Shown here: positions 30,786 to 39,967 of the stretch, piece by piece
Layout of the letters: the number at the start of each line of letters is the position of its first letter
How positions within the stretch are numbered: position 1 is the stretch's first letter
NCBI GenBank assembly: GCA_041661865.1
Contig: JBAZTO010000004.1
Coordinates: 614-64,613, forward strand
DNA: 64,000 nt
Direction of reading: 5' to 3'
From: Phycisphaerae bacterium
Lineage (GTDB): Bacteria > Planctomycetota > Phycisphaerae > SM23-33
Translations under genes and position numbers: made by a program
Notes under the pieces: model-generated
The model's input: only the letters and a program-made list of their open reading frames with translations
Database searches by the model: none
What the model was told of the DNA's origin: nothing

Positions 30786-30909
30786 ACAATGACGAATGAC
30801 GAAATGCAAATGACGAATCAATACTCGAATGCTCGAATATCCCAAACAGAATCCCGTGGACCCTGTTGGGTTATTCGTCATTGACTCGTCATTCGAGTTT
30901 CGTCATTTG
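30786..30909. repeat. complete about 125-bp inverted-repeat element of the GAATGACGAA family between gfo and mnmE
   Basis: acaatgacgaatgacgaaatgcaaatgacgaatcaatactcgaatgctcgaatat [central cccaaacagaatcccgtggaccctgttggg] ttattcgtcattgactcgtcattcgagtttcgtcatttg. Confidence 0.7.
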
Positions 30910-30926
30910 TATTGGGTGGTCTCTTC

Positions 30927-32345
30927 ATGTTCGACTCCAGCGACACTATCGTGGCGATTTCTTCCGCTGCCGGCCTGGCGGCCCGGGCGATCGTGCGGCT
31001 GAGCGGCCCGGCGGCGCTGAGCCTGGCCTGCCAGGTCTTTCACCCCAGCGGTGCGAGCCTGCTCGATAGTCCCGGGTTTCGCCGACGGGAGGGTGTCATT
31101 GACCTGGGCTCTCGCGACATTTCGTTGCCCGCCCGCGCGTATGTCTTTCGCGCCCCGCGAAGCTACACGCGGCAGGACCTGGTGGAGTTTCACATCCCCG
31201 GTTCGCCCATCGCGGCCTCGGCATTGACGGCCGCCCTGATCGAGCTTGGCGCCCGAGCGGCGGGTGCGGGGGAGTTCACCGCGCGGGCCTTCTTCTCCGG
31301 GCGGATCGACCTGTCGCAGGCCGAGGCGGTGGCCGACGTGATCGACGCCGCCGATGAGGCGCAGCTTCGCTCGGCGGTCTGGGCCCTGGGCGGGCAGGTG
31401 CGCCGACTTTGCAGCCAGGCCGCTGCCAAGCTGACCGACGCACTGGCCACCGTGGAGGCGTCGATCGATCTGGAGGAAGAGGGCATCGTGCTGGAGTCTC
31501 CCGCGGCGCTGGCGGGCCGGTTGAAGGCCCAGGCCGGGCATCTGCGGCAGATCGCCCAGCAGGCCGGCGACATGCCCGACAGGGCATCCTGTCCGCACGT
31601 CACCATCGTCGGGCGGCCTAACGTGGGCAAGAGTTCGCTGCTCAACGCCTTGAGCGGCACGGACCGGGCCATTGTCTCGGCGCTGGCCGGCACGACGCGC
31701 GATGTGCTCAGCGCGCCGCTGCACCTGCAAGGCGGCTCGGTCACGCTCCAGGACGCCGCCGGCTTCGGCCAGGTGACCGACAGCATCGCGCGGGCCGCCG
31801 ATCGCGCGGCGCGGGCCGCCATTGCCGCCTCCGACGCCATCATCTTTCTCTGCGACATTTCCGCCGACAGCTTCGGGCCTGATGCATCCCTGCTGGCAGA
31901 GGTGCGAACGCACAACGGACGCTGCCCGCTGATCGCCGCCGCCAACAAGTGCGACCTGCTGGACGCCGAGGCGCTGCGGCAACGCGTGGCGCAGTTGGCG
32001 GCGCTGCCGGGCAACGGCGACGCGGTCCTGGCCGTCTCTGCCGCCAGCGGTCAGGGTTTGGCGGAACTGAAGGCCGCCCTGGCCGAGCGATTGAGGCTCT
32101 CTGCCGAGCGGAGCGGGTCGGCGCTGGGGCTCCCCCAGCGGCAGAAGCGGTGCCTGCGCGAGGCGGCCGCCGTGGTCGATGCCGCCGCGGACTCCCTGGC
32201 CGCTGTCGCCAGCCTGGCCCAGCGGGCCGAACTGGTGGCCATCGACCTGCGGAGCGCGCTGGCCCAACTGGGCCTCATCAGCGGGCAGGTCGTCACCGAG
32301 GATGTCCTGGGCCGGATTTTCGAGCGATTCTGCGTGGGCAAGTAG
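30927..32345 (+). CDS. mnmE: tRNA modification GTPase MnmE (TrmE)
   Basis: G-domain [15 protein letters not shown]-terminal FCVGK; start at MFDSS. Confidence 0.92.
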   Translation: MFDSSDTIVAISSAAGLAARAIVRLSGPAALSLACQVFHPSGASLLDSPGFRRREGVIDLGSRDISLPARAYVFRAPRSYTRQDLVEFHIPGSPIAASALTAALIELGARAAGAGEFTARAFFSGRIDLSQAEAVADVIDAADEAQLRSAVWALGGQVRRLCSQAAAKLTDALATVEASIDLEEEGIVLESPAALAGRLKAQAGHLRQIAQQAGDMPDRASCPHVTIVGRPNVGKSSLLNALSGTDRAIVSALAGTTRDVLSAPLHLQGGSVTLQDAAGFGQVTDSIARAADRAARAAIAASDAIIFLCDISADSFGPDASLLAEVRTHNGRCPLIAAANKCDLLDAEALRQRVAQLAALPGNGDAVLAVSAASGQGLAELKAALAERLRLSAERSGSALGLPQRQKRCLREAAAVVDAAADSLAAVASLAQRAELVAIDLRSALAQLGLISGQVVTEDVLGRIFERFCVGK

Positions 32346-32418
32346 AAGTCAGCCTCTTGGAGTGTGCGATTCGATGCGGTACTCTCAACCGGTCGAAGAA
32401 CGATGCAGACAATGGATC

Positions 32419-32489
32419 GGTGCCACTGCCGCGGTGTTTGCAGCGGTGTCGGCCCCAAGCACGGCTGCACACGACGCAGCCGTGGCACC
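32419..32489. repeat. second copy of 71-bp GGTGCCAC-hairpin-hairpin-GTGGCACC element
   Basis: ggtgccactgccgcggtgtttgcagcggtg...cggctgcacacgacgcagccgtggcacc. Confidence 0.65.
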
Positions 32490-32639
32490 CATCGGATCAG
32501 ATGTTTGCTGATATGCAGGTGAACCCTTGAAACATCATCGAGCGGCGTTGATCGTCGCAGCCATCCTGGTCCTGGCCGGCGCAGCCTGCCTGGCGGTGCG
32601 GCTGCATCACTGCGGCGCTGGCAGGCCGAGTGCTTGCAG

Positions 32640-32712
32640 GGTGCCACCCCCAAACTCCGTTTGGGGGTGTGAAACGTTGGAACACCCCCAAGACAAACTT
32701 GGGGGTGGCACC
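32640..32712. repeat. architectural variant of the GGTGCCAC...GTGGCACC element with two different internal hairpins
   Basis: ggtgccac CCCCAAAC-tccg-GTTTGGGGG ... CACCCCCAAG-acaaa-CTTGGGGGTG gcacc; lies inside the predicted N-terminal extension of ORF 32527..33354. Confidence 0.55.
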
Positions 32713-32745
32713 TCCGAATTGCCGGCTGCCACATCAAATTGCGCC

Positions 32746-33354
32746 GTGGCCTGGCTGCTGATCCTGCCCCTGGGCGCGCTGGTCACCTCGATCATCCGCA
32801 ACGTCGTCGGTGTGCAGACCTATGGCACGCTGACGCCCAGCCTGCTGGCCATCAGCTTTCTCCAGGCCGATTGGCTCAGCGGCGGGCTCGTCTTTGGCCT
32901 GGTGATGGGCCTGGGCCTCGGCGGCCGGGCGTTGCTGGGCAGGCTCAAGCTCCTGATGGGCCCGCGCCTGGGCCTGGTGCTGACCTTCGTCGTGCTGGGC
33001 CTGGCCGGTGCGCTGAACCTGGCCGGCCGGCGCGGTTACCATACCGACCCGGCGGCCCTCATCCTGCCGCTGGTGGTGCTGACGATGATCGTCGAGCGTT
33101 TCTATATTTCCATCGAGGAAAACGGCCTGGGCCTCTCGCTGCGGCTGCTGGCGGGCACGCTGGGCGTCGGCGCCCTGTGCCTGGCCCTGCTGCGGTGGCG
33201 ATGGCTGGGACAATTGGCTGTGAGCTATCCCGAGGCGCAGCTCTTCGTGGCCGCGGCGCTGGTCTGCGTGGGCCGCTACAGCGGCTACCGGCTGACCGAG
33301 CTGTGGCGATTCCGCGAACTGGCTGCGCCGAAGCAACTGGGAGAAGACCGGTGA
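32746..33354 (+). CDS. polytopic membrane protein (6-7 TM) partnered with the ATP-grasp ligase
   Basis: ORF track starts at 32527 but 32527-32745 is occupied by REP hairpins; in-frame GTG at 32746 (VAWLLILPLG...) is the preferred start; stop overlaps next gene as GTGA. Confidence 0.6.
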   Translation: MAWLLILPLGALVTSIIRNVVGVQTYGTLTPSLLAISFLQADWLSGGLVFGLVMGLGLGGRALLGRLKLLMGPRLGLVLTFVVLGLAGALNLAGRRGYHTDPAALILPLVVLTMIVERFYISIEENGLGLSLRLLAGTLGVGALCLALLRWRWLGQLAVSYPEAQLFVAAALVCVGRYSGYRLTELWRFRELAAPKQLGEDR

Positions 33355-34289
33355 GCGCGCCCGCGCGTAACGGCTGGCTGCCCGCCTGGCCGGGGCATCT
33401 GCGGCGGGCTGGCGTGCTGGGCATGAACGCCCGCAACACCCAACTGCTCGTGGCGCTGAACCCCAGGCGGCTCTACGACCTGGTCAACGACAAGATCCAG
33501 ACCAAGGAACTGTGCCTCCGCGAGGCGATCCCCACGCCGCGAACCTACGCGATCCTCGACCACCCCGCGCAGGTGCCCGCGGCGGCGGAGATCATGCGGC
33601 AGGCCGGCCAGTTCGTGGTCAAGCCCTCGCGCGGCAGCGGGGGCCGCGGTGTGCTGGTCATCGCCGGCAGCGAAGAGGGCGACTTCCGCACCTCCAGCGG
33701 CGTCGCGATGAGCTGGGACGAGATGCGGTACCACCTGCTGATGACGCTGGCCGGCGCGTTCTCCATCGGCGGCCGGGCCGACCGCGTGATCATCGAGCAG
33801 CGCGTCAGCCGCCACGCCGCCTTTGAAGGCCTGGCCGTCAACGGCACGCCGGATGTGCGACTGATCGTCTATCGTGGCAGCGCCATCATGGGCATGCTTC
33901 GCCTGCCGACGCTGGCCTCGGGCGGCCGGGCCAACCTCCACCAGGGCGCGCTGGGGCTGGGCCTGGACATCGCCACGGGCGTGTCCACCGGCGGCTTCTG
34001 CCGCGACCGCAGCGTGGAAGTTCATCCCGACACCGGGGCGGCCCTGACCGGCGTGGCTGTGCCGCGATGGAAGGAAATGCTGGCCGTGTCGGAGAAACTG
34101 TCAGCCGCGGTGGGCCTGGGCTACCTGGGCGTGGACATCGTGCTGGGCGAGGAGGGCCCGCTGGTCCTGGAGGCCAACGGCCGGCCGGGACTGTCCATCC
34201 AGATCGCCAACCGCTGCGGATTGATGACGCGGATCGCCGAAGCCGAGAATCGAATGACGAATGACGAAACTCGAATGATAAATCAATGA
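33351..34289 (+). CDS. ATP-grasp alpha-L-glutamate ligase-like protein (RimK-related)
   Basis: ATP-grasp motifs VVKPSRGSGGRGV, LGYLGVDIVL, LEANGRPG; GTG start overlapping upstream stop; last 13 codons ([13 protein letters not shown]) are encoded by the GAATGACGAA repeat arm. Confidence 0.8.
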   Translation: MSAPARNGWLPAWPGHLRRAGVLGMNARNTQLLVALNPRRLYDLVNDKIQTKELCLREAIPTPRTYAILDHPAQVPAAAEIMRQAGQFVVKPSRGSGGRGVLVIAGSEEGDFRTSSGVAMSWDEMRYHLLMTLAGAFSIGGRADRVIIEQRVSRHAAFEGLAVNGTPDVRLIVYRGSAIMGMLRLPTLASGGRANLHQGALGLGLDIATGVSTGGFCRDRSVEVHPDTGAALTGVAVPRWKEMLAVSEKLSAAVGLGYLGVDIVLGEEGPLVLEANGRPGLSIQIANRCGLMTRIAEAENRMTNDETRMINQ

Positions 34290-34380
34290 CGAATAACCCC
34301 ATACGTTTCGCGTGTTTCTGTTTGGGGCATTCGAGCATTCGAGTATTGATTCGTCATTCGAGTTTCGTCATTCGTCATTA
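34249..34380. repeat. complete inverted-repeat element of the GAATGACGAA family overlapping the 3' end of the ATP-grasp gene
   Basis: atcgaatgacgaatgacgaaactcgaatgataaatcaatgacgaataacc ... cattcgagcattcgagtattgattcgtcattcgagtttcgtcattcgtcatta. Confidence 0.7.
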
Positions 34381-34400
34381 TTGAGCGAAGGACTTACAGG

Positions 34401-35252
34401 ATGCACATTCTGGCCACCATCGTTCCCGCCGAGATCAACAACGTCTACGTCTTCCTGATCCTGGGCAGCCTGTCGGCCATGCTGGTGGCCGTCGCCAAGG
34501 CCGGCTTTGGCGGCAGCATCGGCATGCTGGCCTACCCGGTGATGTTGTACGCCTTCGGCGGCGACGCGTTCCTGGCCGCCGGCACGCAGTTGCCGCTGCT
34601 GATCGCCAGCGACATCCCAGCCCTGGTGCGGTGGTGGCGCAAGTGGAACGGCCACGCCGTGCGAATGCTGCTGCCCGGGGCGCTGGCCGGCATCGGCCTG
34701 GCGTGGTGGGCGCTGTGGATGCTCATCGGCGATGGCCGCACCGCCGAGCAGGTCAAGGTCGCCAAGGCCCAGGCCAACGGCGTGCTCCTGCTGCTGGTGG
34801 GCGTGATCGCGCTGGCCTTCGTCAGCCTGCAGGTGATCCGCTACCTTCGCCGGCGGGCGCTGGCCTTTCGCCCGGTCCCCTGGCAGGGCGCGGTCGCCGG
34901 CGGCCTGACGGGCGTCTGCTCCATGCTGGCCAATGCCGGCGGGCCCATTACCACCATGTTCCTGCTGCCCCAGGAAATGCCCAAGGGCATGTATGTGGCC
35001 ACCACCGTCCTGCTCTACGCCGTCATCAACGAGGTCAAGATCGCGCCCTTCTGGCATCTGGGGATGATGACGCCGCACACGCTGTGGGCCGGACTGCTCC
35101 TGCTGCCCGCGGCGGTGGCCGGCACGTTCCTGGGCCTCTACCTCCACGACCGCGTCGGCCAGAAACAATTCAACGGCATCGCCTACTCGCTGCTGTTCCT
35201 GGCCGGCATCGACATGGTGCACAAGGGCGTCAGGATCCTTTGGTTCTCATAG
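34401..35252 (+). CDS. TSUP (TauE/SafE) family anion exporter
   Basis: 283-aa, 7-8 TM, duplicated 4-TM halves with GGxxG/PLL motifs typical of TauE/SafE. Confidence 0.85.
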   Translation: MHILATIVPAEINNVYVFLILGSLSAMLVAVAKAGFGGSIGMLAYPVMLYAFGGDAFLAAGTQLPLLIASDIPALVRWWRKWNGHAVRMLLPGALAGIGLAWWALWMLIGDGRTAEQVKVAKAQANGVLLLLVGVIALAFVSLQVIRYLRRRALAFRPVPWQGAVAGGLTGVCSMLANAGGPITTMFLLPQEMPKGMYVATTVLLYAVINEVKIAPFWHLGMMTPHTLWAGLLLLPAAVAGTFLGLYLHDRVGQKQFNGIAYSLLFLAGIDMVHKGVRILWFS

Positions 35253-35313
35253 TGCGAAAGTGCGAAGCGGCAGGTCGTAGCGAAGTAGGGCGTGCAACTT
35301 GTTGCACGCAGGA
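35253..35313. repeat. composite REP: GTGCGAAAGTGCGAAG module + GTAGGGCGTGCAACTTGTTGCACGC palindrome
   Basis: immediately after TSUP stop; inverted counterparts at 36487-36575 on the other side of the methyltransferase gene. Confidence 0.6.
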
Positions 35314-35341
35314 GAGACTGCAAGAAGCAAGGAATCCGGTG

Positions 35342-36382
35342 TTACTCCCGCACCAAGTCCGCAACAAATCGCCGTCCCATCTGGTCTGGCTCGCGAGAGG
35401 TCGTGACGACCTTCTTGACGCAGAACCCGCTCTTCACCGCAAGGTGGAGCATATGGGTCTTGTCCACGAATATGTCCGCTTTCCGGGCAATTCGCCGGTA
35501 ATTATTTGCGGATACATTTGGAACTAGCCAGGGCTTTTCGCTATGGCATAACAGGAAGTGCCCACCGGGGCGGAGAACACGATGAGCTTCCTGAAACATA
35601 GTCGATATGCCGGCAAGTTCGCCGAAGGCATTAGAACAGGTCGCCACATCAAACGCTTCCGTCATGAGCGGCAACGCGCGAACATCACCACCGACGGCGT
35701 CGGCTCGTTGTTCTGCTTTTGCAACCCTGAACTTGTACTGCAACGTCCACAGGCATCGCAAGTCGCGCTCCACAGATATAGTTCTTTGAATGCTCCGGCA
35801 GTTGTGCAGCAGCCTGCTGATGAACCATCCACCGCCCGAGGCCAGATCGACGACAGAATGCGGCGACAGGTTACGAACTTGGCACACCATTTCCTCTACT
35901 TCGGAGCGCAAGCTTTGCTTCGTCGCTATCGGCCTTGAGATTGTTGCGACTCCGGAGATTGGCTTGCTCTTCGCGGCCCAACCGAGTAACCGGCTGCGAG
36001 CCTCACGAACTTGGCTAGGTGTGATCCGCCAAAGCCTCCGGCCCGACCGAAGATTCTCCCAAGGCCGTCGGAGATCTAGCTTGGAGCCGCGGCATACAGC
36101 TTGAACCAGTTCAGCGACGCGAGAATCTGTACAAGAGCCGGGCTGGTCGCTCAACACCTCGGCTAATGCGCATGACCATGTATTGCGGGCGCCTGGCGGT
36201 AGCAGGACCGGCCGCCCCAGCACTATGGGGTATCGTGTTCTGCATTCCTCGCATCGCAGGTGTCGGCCTCTTGTCTGCGGGCCAGACATACTCGCGATGC
36301 GCAGCGATCCCATACAGGCTGGACAGGCTAGGTAAGCGATGCTTTCTCTTCTCATAAGGCCACCCCGTTTCTGTTCGCTCAT
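35342..36382 (-). CDS. Trm112-like zinc ribbon fused to class I SAM-dependent methyltransferase
   Basis: N-terminal CPAC...CEECRTRYPI ribbon; MTase motif I VVDLASGGGWF and post-I VLRPGGHFLL; GC lower than flanks. Confidence 0.8.
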   Translation of the reverse strand: MSEQKRGGLMRRESIAYLACPACMGSLRIASMSGPQTRGRHLRCEECRTRYPIVLGRPVLLPPGARNTWSCALAEVLSDQPGSCTDSRVAELVQAVCRGSKLDLRRPWENLRSGRRLWRITPSQVREARSRLLGWAAKSKPISGVATISRPIATKQSLRSEVEEMVCQVRNLSPHSVVDLASGGGWFISRLLHNCRSIQRTISVERDLRCLWTLQYKFRVAKAEQRADAVGGDVRALPLMTEAFDVATCSNAFGELAGISTMFQEAHRVLRPGGHFLLCHSEKPWLVPNVSANNYRRIARKADIFVDKTHMLHLAVKSGFCVKKVVTTSREPDQMGRRFVADLVRE

Positions 36383-36426
36383 TCTACATGGATTGGCCGG
36401 AATTGAACAGTGGGATCAGACTTGGT

Positions 36427-36575
36427 AAGGCGTGCAACGAGTCTGCCACGGCGGCCAGGGTTCTGCACGCGGAAGAAACAATTCCCCGCGTGCAACGAGT
36501 TGCACGCCCTACTACCAACTGCCTGTAGGCAGGTTGCACGCCCTGCCAATTTCGCACTTCGCACTTTCGCACTGC
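36427..36575. repeat. cluster of REP modules inverted relative to 35253-35313
   Basis: aaggcgtgcaac[insert]gcacgcggaag; cgcgtgcaacgagttgcacgccctac; ctgcctgtaggcaggttgcacgccctgcc; aatttcgcacttcgcactttcgcactgc. Confidence 0.6.
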
Positions 36576-36585
36576 ATCCTCGGCA

Positions 36586-38640
36586 CTACGCCTTGAAGAT
36601 TCTTCCTTCCCGGTACTCCGTCCAGGCCGGCTCGAAGGCGATATTGCGGTCGGGGATCGGCCGGGGCGGGGCGTCGGCCAGATCGAACAGGTCTGCCGCC
36701 GCCGGGTTGTACCGCAGGCTCAGGATGCTGTTGCGGAGAGCGGTGTTCTCGGGGCGGAAGCGGTAGGGTTTGCCGGTGTCGGGGTCGATCAGGGCGGGGT
36801 GCATCGCGATGCCGTCCGAAGCCAGGATGCAGTGACTGCCGCGGCTGCCCACGCCGCGGCCGAACATGCCGCAGATGGCCTTGAGCATCGCCACGTGCGT
36901 CAGGCACTGCTGGACGGTGACCAGGTAAGCGTGAAGCTGCCTGGGATTGGCGACCTTCAGGCCTTCCTCCAGGCAGCGGCGGTACTGCGCCTTGGCCTCG
37001 GCGAGCGCCGCGGCGGCGCCGGCCTGGCTGCGAAGGTGCGCGCCGTGGCGGGTCATGCGTGCGGCGATATCGGCCATCGCGTCGTTGGGGCTGACCTTGG
37101 CGCGGGCGCCGCTCTCCATCGCCCGTCGCAATTCCTTGACGATCCGGCCCAGGCCCGCCTGTACCAGGCCGGTCCGCGCCGCAAAGTCCGGCCCGTCGCT
37201 GCTGTAGACGTGCGCGATGAACTCCGCCGCCCGCATCGCCCCGACCTGCCCGGCATTGAGCGCCGAACCGCCGGGACGCTTGACGCCGTGCGTGCCGGCC
37301 ATCTCGCCGATGACGAACGTGTGGGCGACCGAACTCTCCCACCACTTGTTGACCGCAAATCCGCCGTTGTGGTGCTGGGCGCACACGGCGATCTCCAGGG
37401 GCTCGCGATGGAGGTCGATGCCGTTTTCCTTGTAGATGTCGATGGCCGGCCCGTTCATGTGCAGCAGGCGGTCGATGGGCAACGCCTGCGTCGCTCCGGT
37501 CTTGTCGAGGTAGTCCAGCGCCTCGGGCCGCAATTTGCGGAGGTCGAACTTCTCCCACCCGCTCTTGCCGACGGGGTTGGACAGGAAGTCCATCCACACG
37601 CGCCGTCCGCGGACGACGGTTTCCATGTGGACGGCCATGTCGATCAGCGAGGACTGGGCATCGGTGATCCGCTGGGCGTCGAAGGGCCACTGGTAGCCCT
37701 TGAGGAAGATATTGGTGGCCAGGGTGGCCATGTCGTCGAAATACTCGGTGAGGAATTCGCGCGGGTCGTTGCCGTCGGCGTCGGTGGAGAAGATGCGCGG
37801 CACCACCTGCATGTAGGTGCCCGAGACGTTCCAGCGGAACTTGATGGAGGCCAGGCCGTACTGCGACTCGGTCATGTTGCAGGCTTCCAGTCCAGCCTTC
37901 AGCGCCGGGCTGTGGATGCCGTACTGCCCGCGCGGGTAGACGGTGTCGGCGTAGATTTCTCCGGGCCCGCCGGCCGCCAGCACCCAGTTCTCGGCCACGA
38001 AGGCCGACAGCCCCATCTCGCTGTCGCTGGTGCGGGCCATGTCCAGGCACACCATCGCGACGATGCGTTTGTCGGCCCCGCTGCCGTCGGTGAGAAAATC
38101 GACGACGACGTGCTTGTCGACGATCTCGACGCCCTCGCGCTGGGCCTGGGCCTGGAGCGACTGGGCCATGAACCTGCTGGTCTTTGGGCCGGCGGAGGTG
38201 GCGCGCTCGTAGGGGTCGTGGTCGGTCTTGTAGCCGATGAAGGCGCCCTGCGGATCGTGCGGGAACGGCACGCCCACTTCCACCAGGTGGTAAAAGCCGC
38301 GGAGCGAGCCGATGCCCTCGGCCAGAGCGTTGTCGCCGTTGCAGCAGCCGAAGGCCGTCAGCGTCCGGGCGAAGTCCTCAGCCGTGTCGGACACGCGCGG
38401 GCTGGTGCCCATCTTGTAGTAGGTCTGCTTGTCCGAGCCGCTCATGCGCGACGCGCCCAGGCCCAGCCCGCCGGTGACCACCCGCAGGTGCGAGGCCGGG
38501 TCGGCCACGCCGCGAACGCGCCAGAACTCCACCAGCTTGACCGCGCAGTTCATCGCCGCCGCTCCAGCCCCGACGATCACGGTGTTGACGCAGGTGACGG
38601 GTATCGAAAGGCCGTCAATGGTGAGAGTATTCTTCAACAT
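36586..38640 (-). CDS. FAD-binding oxidoreductase (fumarate reductase/succinate dehydrogenase flavoprotein-like)
   Basis: N-terminal VIVGAGAAAMNCA dinucleotide-binding motif; 684 aa with FAD-binding 2-like regions. Confidence 0.8.
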   Translation of the reverse strand: MLKNTLTIDGLSIPVTCVNTVIVGAGAAAMNCAVKLVEFWRVRGVADPASHLRVVTGGLGLGASRMSGSDKQTYYKMGTSPRVSDTAEDFARTLTAFGCCNGDNALAEGIGSLRGFYHLVEVGVPFPHDPQGAFIGYKTDHDPYERATSAGPKTSRFMAQSLQAQAQREGVEIVDKHVVVDFLTDGSGADKRIVAMVCLDMARTSDSEMGLSAFVAENWVLAAGGPGEIYADTVYPRGQYGIHSPALKAGLEACNMTESQYGLASIKFRWNVSGTYMQVVPRIFSTDADGNDPREFLTEYFDDMATLATNIFLKGYQWPFDAQRITDAQSSLIDMAVHMETVVRGRRVWMDFLSNPVGKSGWEKFDLRKLRPEALDYLDKTGATQALPIDRLLHMNGPAIDIYKENGIDLHREPLEIAVCAQHHNGGFAVNKWWESSVAHTFVIGEMAGTHGVKRPGGSALNAGQVGAMRAAEFIAHVYSSDGPDFAARTGLVQAGLGRIVKELRRAMESGARAKVSPNDAMADIAARMTRHGAHLRSQAGAAAALAEAKAQYRRCLEEGLKVANPRQLHAYLVTVQQCLTHVAMLKAICGMFGRGVGSRGSHCILASDGIAMHPALIDPDTGKPYRFRPENTALRNSILSLRYNPAAADLFDLADAPPRPIPDRNIAFEPAWTEYREGRIFKA

Positions 38641-38720
38641 TCTTCGTCCCTATGAATCGTGAACCACGAATCGCGAGCCACCAGCTACTGCCGATAGGGA
38701 TGTCTGGAACACCCGTAACC

Positions 38721-38808
38721 CAACACAGAGGTCACAGAGCGACAGAGCAGAACACCCTTGTATTCAAAATATGTTGTCTCTGTTTCTCTGCGACTCTGTG
38801 TCGCGTAG
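38721..38808. repeat. 9-bp-periodic inverted-repeat element with 16-bp spacer
   Basis: cacagaggt cacagagcg acagagcag aacaccc ttgtattcaaaatatg ttgtctctgtttctctgcgactctgtgtcgcgtag + TGTTTTTCGG. Confidence 0.6.
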
Positions 38809-38868
38809 TGTTTTTCGGAAGTCTTGGTTTCAAATCGCCAATTCAACTGCCAAGGAACGCTGGCGGCG

Positions 38869-38908
38869 GATCAATCTGCAATCTGCAATTGGCAATCTTC
38901 AATCTACA
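38869..38908. repeat. tandem heptamers CAATCTG x5 in the promoter region of the FAD-oxidoreductase gene
   Basis: gatCAATCTGCAATCTGCAATTGGCAATCTTCAATCTACagg; coordinates +/-2 nt. Confidence 0.45.
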
Positions 38909-39671
38909 GGATTCTCAGGTGGTAGCCGCCATCGACGTTGATAACCTCGCCGGTGGAGAACTTCAGGTCGCCGCGGGCGGCCGCCGCCACCGCGCAGGCG
39001 ATATCCGCCGGCTGGCCCCAGCGCTTGATGGGGGTGATGCCCTCGGCGATCAGCTTGTCGTACTTGTCCTTGACCGTCGAGGTCATGTCCGTGGCAATGA
39101 TGCCCGGGCGAATCTCGTAGACGCCGATGCCAAACTCCGCCAGGCGGGCCGCCCACAACTTGGTGGCCATCGAAACCCCGGCCTTGGAGATACAGTACTC
39201 GCCCCGGCCGGTGCTGGCCGTGTAGGCGCTCATCGAGGAAATGTTCACCACGCACATCCAACTCTCGGGCCGCTGCCGGCGCTGGCGAACCATCCAGTTG
39301 GCCGCCGCCTGGGTCAGGAAGTAGGGGCCCTTGAGGTTGATGGTCATCACCCGGTCGTAGCTCTCTTCGGTGGCCTCCAGAATGTCGGCCCGCACCTTGG
39401 GCGCCACCCCGGCGTTGTTCACCAGCACGTCCAGCCGCCCGAAGGTCCGCTCGATTCGCTCCAGGGCCCCGGCCCGGTCAGTCGCGGAGGTGACGTCGCC
39501 GGTAATGGCCAAGCCGCGCCGGCCGATCGATTCGATCTGGGCCACGGTCTCGTCGGCAGCGATGACGTCAAAGACCGCCACGTCCATGCCGTTGCGGGCC
39601 AGTTCGGCGGCAATGGCTGCCCCGATACCGCGGGCGGCCCCCGTCACCAGTGCCACAGGTTGATCGCTCAT
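38904..39671 (-). CDS. SDR-family oxidoreductase (3-oxoacyl-ACP reductase-like)
   Basis: TGAARGIG cofactor motif, NNAG, catalytic YxxxK (YCISK). Confidence 0.9.
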   Translation of the reverse strand: MSDQPVALVTGAARGIGAAIAAELARNGMDVAVFDVIAADETVAQIESIGRRGLAITGDVTSATDRAGALERIERTFGRLDVLVNNAGVAPKVRADILEATEESYDRVMTINLKGPYFLTQAAANWMVRQRRQRPESWMCVVNISSMSAYTASTGRGEYCISKAGVSMATKLWAARLAEFGIGVYEIRPGIIATDMTSTVKDKYDKLIAEGITPIKRWGQPADIACAVAAAARGDLKFSTGEVINVDGGYHLRIL

Positions 39672-39967
39672 TGCATCTCCATTTTTGTCTGCCTGGGGAA
39701 GCCGAAAGTATGACTGTCCCCGCCGAGGCTGTCAAATCCATTGTGGTTGGAGTATGGGATGGGCCGCCAGCAAACCCCCTTCGCAGCCGCCTCCCCTGCC
39801 CCAGTCGCTTGGCGGCAGAAACAAGTCCGTCGGCCCGTATTACCCTCGCAATAATCATTGAGAAAAATACACAAGATTTCGCTTAACATATCGCGGGGTC
39901 TCCCTGATAATGAGATTCGGTACTGGTTACAGTGGCTTGTTCAATCCTGAATGTAACCGCCAAAACC

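Noticed and set aside
35253-36575. Integron attC sites flanking gene cassettes (REP-bracketed low-GC genes)
   Set aside because: No intI gene or attI is present. The repeat cores do not fit the RYYYAAC/GTTRRRY attC consensus. The putative cassettes are not co-oriented in an array.
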